Virus record (IMG/VR): IMGVR_UViG_3300027863_000904 | Span: 1-50,623 of that record | Length of the DNA: 50,623 nt | From: a virus | Taxonomy: Duplodnaviria > Caudoviricetes | Direction: 5' to 3' (one strand) | Part shown: piece by piece, positions 47,579 to 50,623 of the stretch | How positions within the stretch are numbered: position 1 is the first letter of the stretch | Layout: each line of letters starts with the position of its first letter | Translations under genes and position numbers: made by a program | Notes under the pieces: generated by a model | What the model saw: only the letters and a program-made list of their open reading frames with translations | Told to the model about the DNA's origin: nothing | Databases searched by the model: none

Positions 47579-48346
47579 GTGAAAATCACTTATCAGGGTG
47601 AAGTCTACAACGCAATGCCGGCTAAACAAAAAGCAAAAGAACTCGTAGAACAAGGTTATGCTAACGTTCTCTTCGTACTTCGCCAAATAGTTGAAGAGGG
47701 AGGACGGATGCGAAAAGAAGAACTGCTCAAAAAGCTAAGTAAGTGTACAATTCACAGGCTAACAAATTACTTTGTGATAGACGAAGATAACGGCTATTAC
47801 GTTATCACGGACTACGGCGTGAAAGTAGCAAAAGCGTTGCGCTTGTCGCAAACCCCAACATGTGAAAAGTGCGGACGGGAAGGCTATTTTGATCATGTTT
47901 ACCTGGACGGTGATACCGTGAAAGGAGAGTGCTTTCTTTGTGTACACAAAGACGTTCTCCTTCGCATGCGAAAAGAAACAAAGCCTGTGATAATGGCCGA
48001 AACGCACAAACGCGACAAGCCCCGAATCGGGACACCTCTTTCAGGATGGGAGGACTTTGACAAAGAGTTGAGGGCTTCTATAAACGGTGAAGACGTAGAA
48101 GGGCTTGTTGACTTTGACGAGGGCTATGCATTGTTTGAACTGAACAACAAATACGCGAAGCGCACACAAGAGAGAGGTGAAGCAAACATCGGCATAGCAA
48201 TTTTAGGAAACGCAATCTTCGCTTATGAAGAAAACCCTGAGGTGTTCCGCAGAGAATATTTACGCTCTGCCGGGGTAAACCCGGAACTGTATGATTTGAG
48301 TTCAGCCTTATATCTTGTAAACTGGACGTTCTTCCGCCGAAAGTAA
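47579..48346 (+). CDS. fusion of family W (wHTH-Zn ribbon) and family F paralog 3
   Basis: N-terminal half aligns with 49205..49606 and C-terminal half with 49621..50022; GTG start after AGGAGG. Confidence 0.85.
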   Translation: MKITYQGEVYNAMPAKQKAKELVEQGYANVLFVLRQIVEEGGRMRKEELLKKLSKCTIHRLTNYFVIDEDNGYYVITDYGVKVAKALRLSQTPTCEKCGREGYFDHVYLDGDTVKGECFLCVHKDVLLRMRKETKPVIMAETHKRDKPRIGTPLSGWEDFDKELRASINGEDVEGLVDFDEGYALFELNNKYAKRTQERGEANIGIAILGNAIFAYEENPEVFRREYLRSAGVNPELYDLSSALYLVNWTFFRRK

Positions 48347-48372
48347 CAAAACTGTAACTTTTCACGCAAAAA

Positions 48373-48405
48373 CACCCGCCTTTGCAGGCGGGTGTTTTTG
48401 TTTTT
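48373..48405 (+). terminator. intrinsic terminator
   Basis: CACCCGCCT-TTGC-AGGCGGGTG-TTTTTGTTTTT. Confidence 0.85.
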
Positions 48406-48406
48406 A

Positions 48407-48521
48407 GGGGCTCCTTTGCCGATTTTCAGCAAAAATCGGCTAAAAATCGGCTCAACTTCAGTTCAACTTTTAGGGGCTCCTTTGCCGCGTTTTAGCGAAA
48501 ATAGGCTCAAAATCGGCTCAA
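48407..48521 (+). repeat. two tandem copies of the 49-bp motif (48407, 48473)
   Basis: Direct comparison of the copies. Confidence 0.85.
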
Positions 48522-48620
48522 AAATTAGGCAAGACTAACTCAAGAAAAAGAGGGGGAGGGAGCATAAAACGTGATAAGAGTCAAGCACCAGGCACTCGTC
48601 GCGACGAGATCAGCCGTCAC

Positions 48621-48772
48621 TTCAGACGCACTCTCGGTGAGCGACGCATGCGAAGATAAGTAACTCAGTTACGTTTCAGACGCACTCTCGGTGAGCGACG
48701 CATGCGAAGATAAGTAACTCAGTTACGTTTCAGTTATGCCGCGTGAAGACATGTAACTCAGTTACGTTTCAG
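48621..48772. repeat. 54-bp tandem duplication with three copies of GTAACTCAGTTACGTTTCAG
   Basis: 20-mer at 48660, 48714 and 48753; core GTAACT-C-AGTTAC is palindromic. Confidence 0.9.
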
Positions 48773-48867
48773 CAGTGCCTGCAGCTGACTGAAAACGCGT
48801 AAACGCGTTATACAATCAGCAAAGCTCAAGAAAAACTAAAACTTTTGCCGTGGGGGGGTTTGTGGGG

Positions 48868-48895
48868 TTGACAGAGAAGACGCCACGGCTATAAT
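48868..48895 (+). promoter_or_regulatory. sigma70 promoter
   Basis: TTGACA-16 bp-TATAAT. Confidence 0.75.
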
Positions 48896-48952
48896 AGGAA
48901 GCGAAGTGTTGTGGGGACGAAGAGTAAGAGAAGAAGATAGGAGGAGAGTACA

Positions 48953-49159
48953 GTGAGAAAGACGCAAGACGCAAGCCCGCTCGTCTTCGCAGAGAAGTTG
49001 CGACTGCACAGGTGCAGTGACTGTCACGATGTATTCTTCGTTCTCGAACATGTGAACAGTGACTATAAGCGCGACTACGTTTGCAAGCGTTGCAGTGACA
49101 ACCGCCTGGTGAAAACAATCTTCATCCAGGACGATGAAGACGACGAGTACATACTTTAA
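48953..49159 (+). CDS. small Zn-ribbon protein with acidic tail
   Basis: CSDC..CKRC; GGAGGAG RBS. Confidence 0.7.
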   Translation: MRKTQDASPLVFAEKLRLHRCSDCHDVFFVLEHVNSDYKRDYVCKRCSDNRLVKTIFIQDDEDDEYIL

Positions 49160-49204
49160 TTAAGTGGTGGGGCGCGCATACCTATCACGCGCAGGAGGAA
49201 GACA

Positions 49205-49606
49205 ATGGTGATAACACGCAGAGTCTACAGTAGAAAGACTGCAAAGCGCGTCGCAAAAGAGCTAGTCAGCCGAGGCTATACAGACGCACTGTATGCGCTT
49301 GATCAAATCGCCGTTGATGGACGTGTACACAAAGACGCGCTGCACGCTAGTCTCTCGAAGTCAGCAGTCAGCAAACTGCACGGCTTGAGTCTTCTTGAGC
49401 TCCAGGGTGATTACTACGTCATCACAAATTACGGTGTGAGCGTAGCAGGTGCTTTACACATCTCAGCTACACTTGTCTGTGAGCGTTGCAGACTGCAAGC
49501 GCCATTCCTCAACGCGTATGTTTGTGGCGATACTGTGAAGGCTAAATGCGTAATGTGTAAACACGACGACATTGTGCACAGTCTGCAAACTGAAAATGCA
49601 AACTGA
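49205..49606 (+). CDS. family W wHTH-Zn ribbon protein
   Basis: AKELVSRGY..YYVITNYGVSVAGAL..CERC..CVMC. Confidence 0.85.
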   Translation: MVITRRVYSRKTAKRVAKELVSRGYTDALYALDQIAVDGRVHKDALHASLSKSAVSKLHGLSLLELQGDYYVITNYGVSVAGALHISATLVCERCRLQAPFLNAYVCGDTVKAKCVMCKHDDIVHSLQTENAN

Positions 49607-49620
49607 AGGAGGAATAAGAC

Positions 49621-50022
49621 ATGCGACGCGAAACTGTAAATGCTGTAATGATCAAGACACACCGCGGCGATGACTGCAGAGGGTATTACCCTTGTGACGA
49701 CTGGGAGGACTTTGACGAAGCACTGCAACGCCTTCCAGGTGAGCCGCCAGCCGCAGACGTTCCTGGACTGTTAGACTTCGAAGACGGTTATGCAGTCTTC
49801 GAAGCTAGTTCACAATTTGGACAAAGAGCCCTCAGAACCGGCGGCTGTCGAGGCATAGCTATCGAAGGTGATTTACAATTTTACGACGAAGATGACAAAG
49901 TCGCGGAAGAGTACAGAGCAAAGTACTTGCGTAAAGCTGGAGCAAATCCTGAGCTATATGACCTCTCCGAGGCTATTTACTTCTACGAGTATACGTTCTT
50001 CCGCGAGAAGCGACAAAAGTGA
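49621..50022 (+). CDS. family F paralog 4
   Basis: TH..WEDFDEAL..VPGLLDFEDG..GIAI..YLRKAGANPELYDL..YTFF. Confidence 0.85.
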   Translation: MRRETVNAVMIKTHRGDDCRGYYPCDDWEDFDEALQRLPGEPPAADVPGLLDFEDGYAVFEASSQFGQRALRTGGCRGIAIEGDLQFYDEDDKVAEEYRAKYLRKAGANPELYDLSEAIYFYEYTFFREKRQK

Positions 50023-50048
50023 CAAAACTACGACAAGGAGGGAGAATA

Positions 50049-50267
50049 ATGCATGCGTTGCAGAGAAGTCTAAAAATCGGCATGGAAATTGCGAAGAAAG
50101 AGAGAGAAGCGACAACACGCTGTAAATACTGTCACCGTCCAGCCGCGTTTATCTGGTTGAGGTGGCGGGGTTTGAAGAAAGTGCCGATTTGCCCAATTTG
50201 CGGCGTGCAGTTGCCGCTTTCAGCAAGACTTATCCCGATCCCTGACGAGGAGATGGCGAAATGGTGA
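50049..50267 (+). CDS. small Zn-ribbon protein
   Basis: CKYC..CPIC; ATG after GGAG. Confidence 0.65.
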   Translation: MHALQRSLKIGMEIAKKEREATTRCKYCHRPAAFIWLRWRGLKKVPICPICGVQLPLSARLIPIPDEEMAKW

Positions 50268-50488
50268 ACAAAAAGCATAAGATTGCGGACAAGTATTGGA
50301 CGGCACTGCTAGTTGTGACAGAATTGTCAAAAGCTAGCAGGAAGATGGACAGAGTACTGCTCGACGGACTAATTGGTCGAGAAACTGTCGCAGATTTGTA
50401 CGCGCTTGAGGTTTTGAAGCCGACTCAAGACTGTGAGGGCTTTTGTTTGACAAAATTTGGCAAGGAGGTGGCGAAGCTAGTCGCATAG
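50261..50488 (+). CDS. truncated family W protein (wHTH only)
   Basis: YWTALLVV..FCLTKFGKEVAKL. Confidence 0.65.
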   Translation: MVNKKHKIADKYWTALLVVTELSKASRKMDRVLLDGLIGRETVADLYALEVLKPTQDCEGFCLTKFGKEVAKLVA

Positions 50489-50497
50489 ACGTCTAGC

Positions 50498-50623
50498 AGC
50501 GAAAGTGATCCCCACCAGCGCACCAGGCGCTGGTGGGGATTTTGTTTGTGCCCCATGGCGCCATGCGCCATGCGCCATGCGCCACGGGCGCATGGGCGCA
50601 TGAGCGAAAGTGATCCCCACCGC
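50498..50623. repeat. right-end part of the 105-bp tandem array; 50558-50623 is identical to 1-66
   Basis: Direct comparison. Confidence 0.95.
50508..50548 (+). terminator. intrinsic terminator; forms the first unit of the 105-bp repeat array
   Basis: Perfect 14-bp stem ATCCCCACCAGCGC/GCGCTGGTGGGGAT plus TTTGTTTG. Confidence 0.8.

Noticed and set aside
48621-48772. Possible mini-CRISPR array
   Set aside because: The repeat is only 20 bp, the intervening sequences are 34 and 19 nt and one is a duplicate of upstream sequence, and there is no cas operon. The Cas4-like nuclease sits in the recombination module.
45371-50022. Diversity-generating retroelement as the source of the paralogs
   Set aside because: No reverse transcriptase and no near-identical template/variable repeat pair with adenine-specific differences was seen.

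Overview
The window looks like a complete or near-complete ~50.5 kb tailed dsDNA phage genome with siphovirus-like gene order. Both ends fall inside a 105-bp tandem repeat, and the last 66 nt are identical to the first 66. From left to right it holds: a ~1.3 kb non-coding region rich in repeats and palindromes; a DNA-modification cluster (internally deleted Dam remnant, amino-MTase, C5-MTase apparently split over two overlapping frames, PAPS-reductase-like protein); LamG/BppU-like and small membrane genes; terminase, portal-MuF fusion, protease and capsid; a two-domain glycosyltransferase inside the head module; neck and tail genes with a -1 frameshift chaperone; lysis genes; a minus-strand replication arm (resolvase, PolA, DnaG-type primase fused to an MCM-like helicase, SSB, AAA ATPase, PD-(D/E)XK nuclease, SNF2 helicase); and a ~9 kb early region. 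The early region is built from repeated promoter-gene-terminator-49-bp-motif cassettes carrying two expanded paralog families of unknown function. I found no integrase, tRNA or CRISPR array. All product calls come from motifs recognised by eye and from gene order; no database searches were run.
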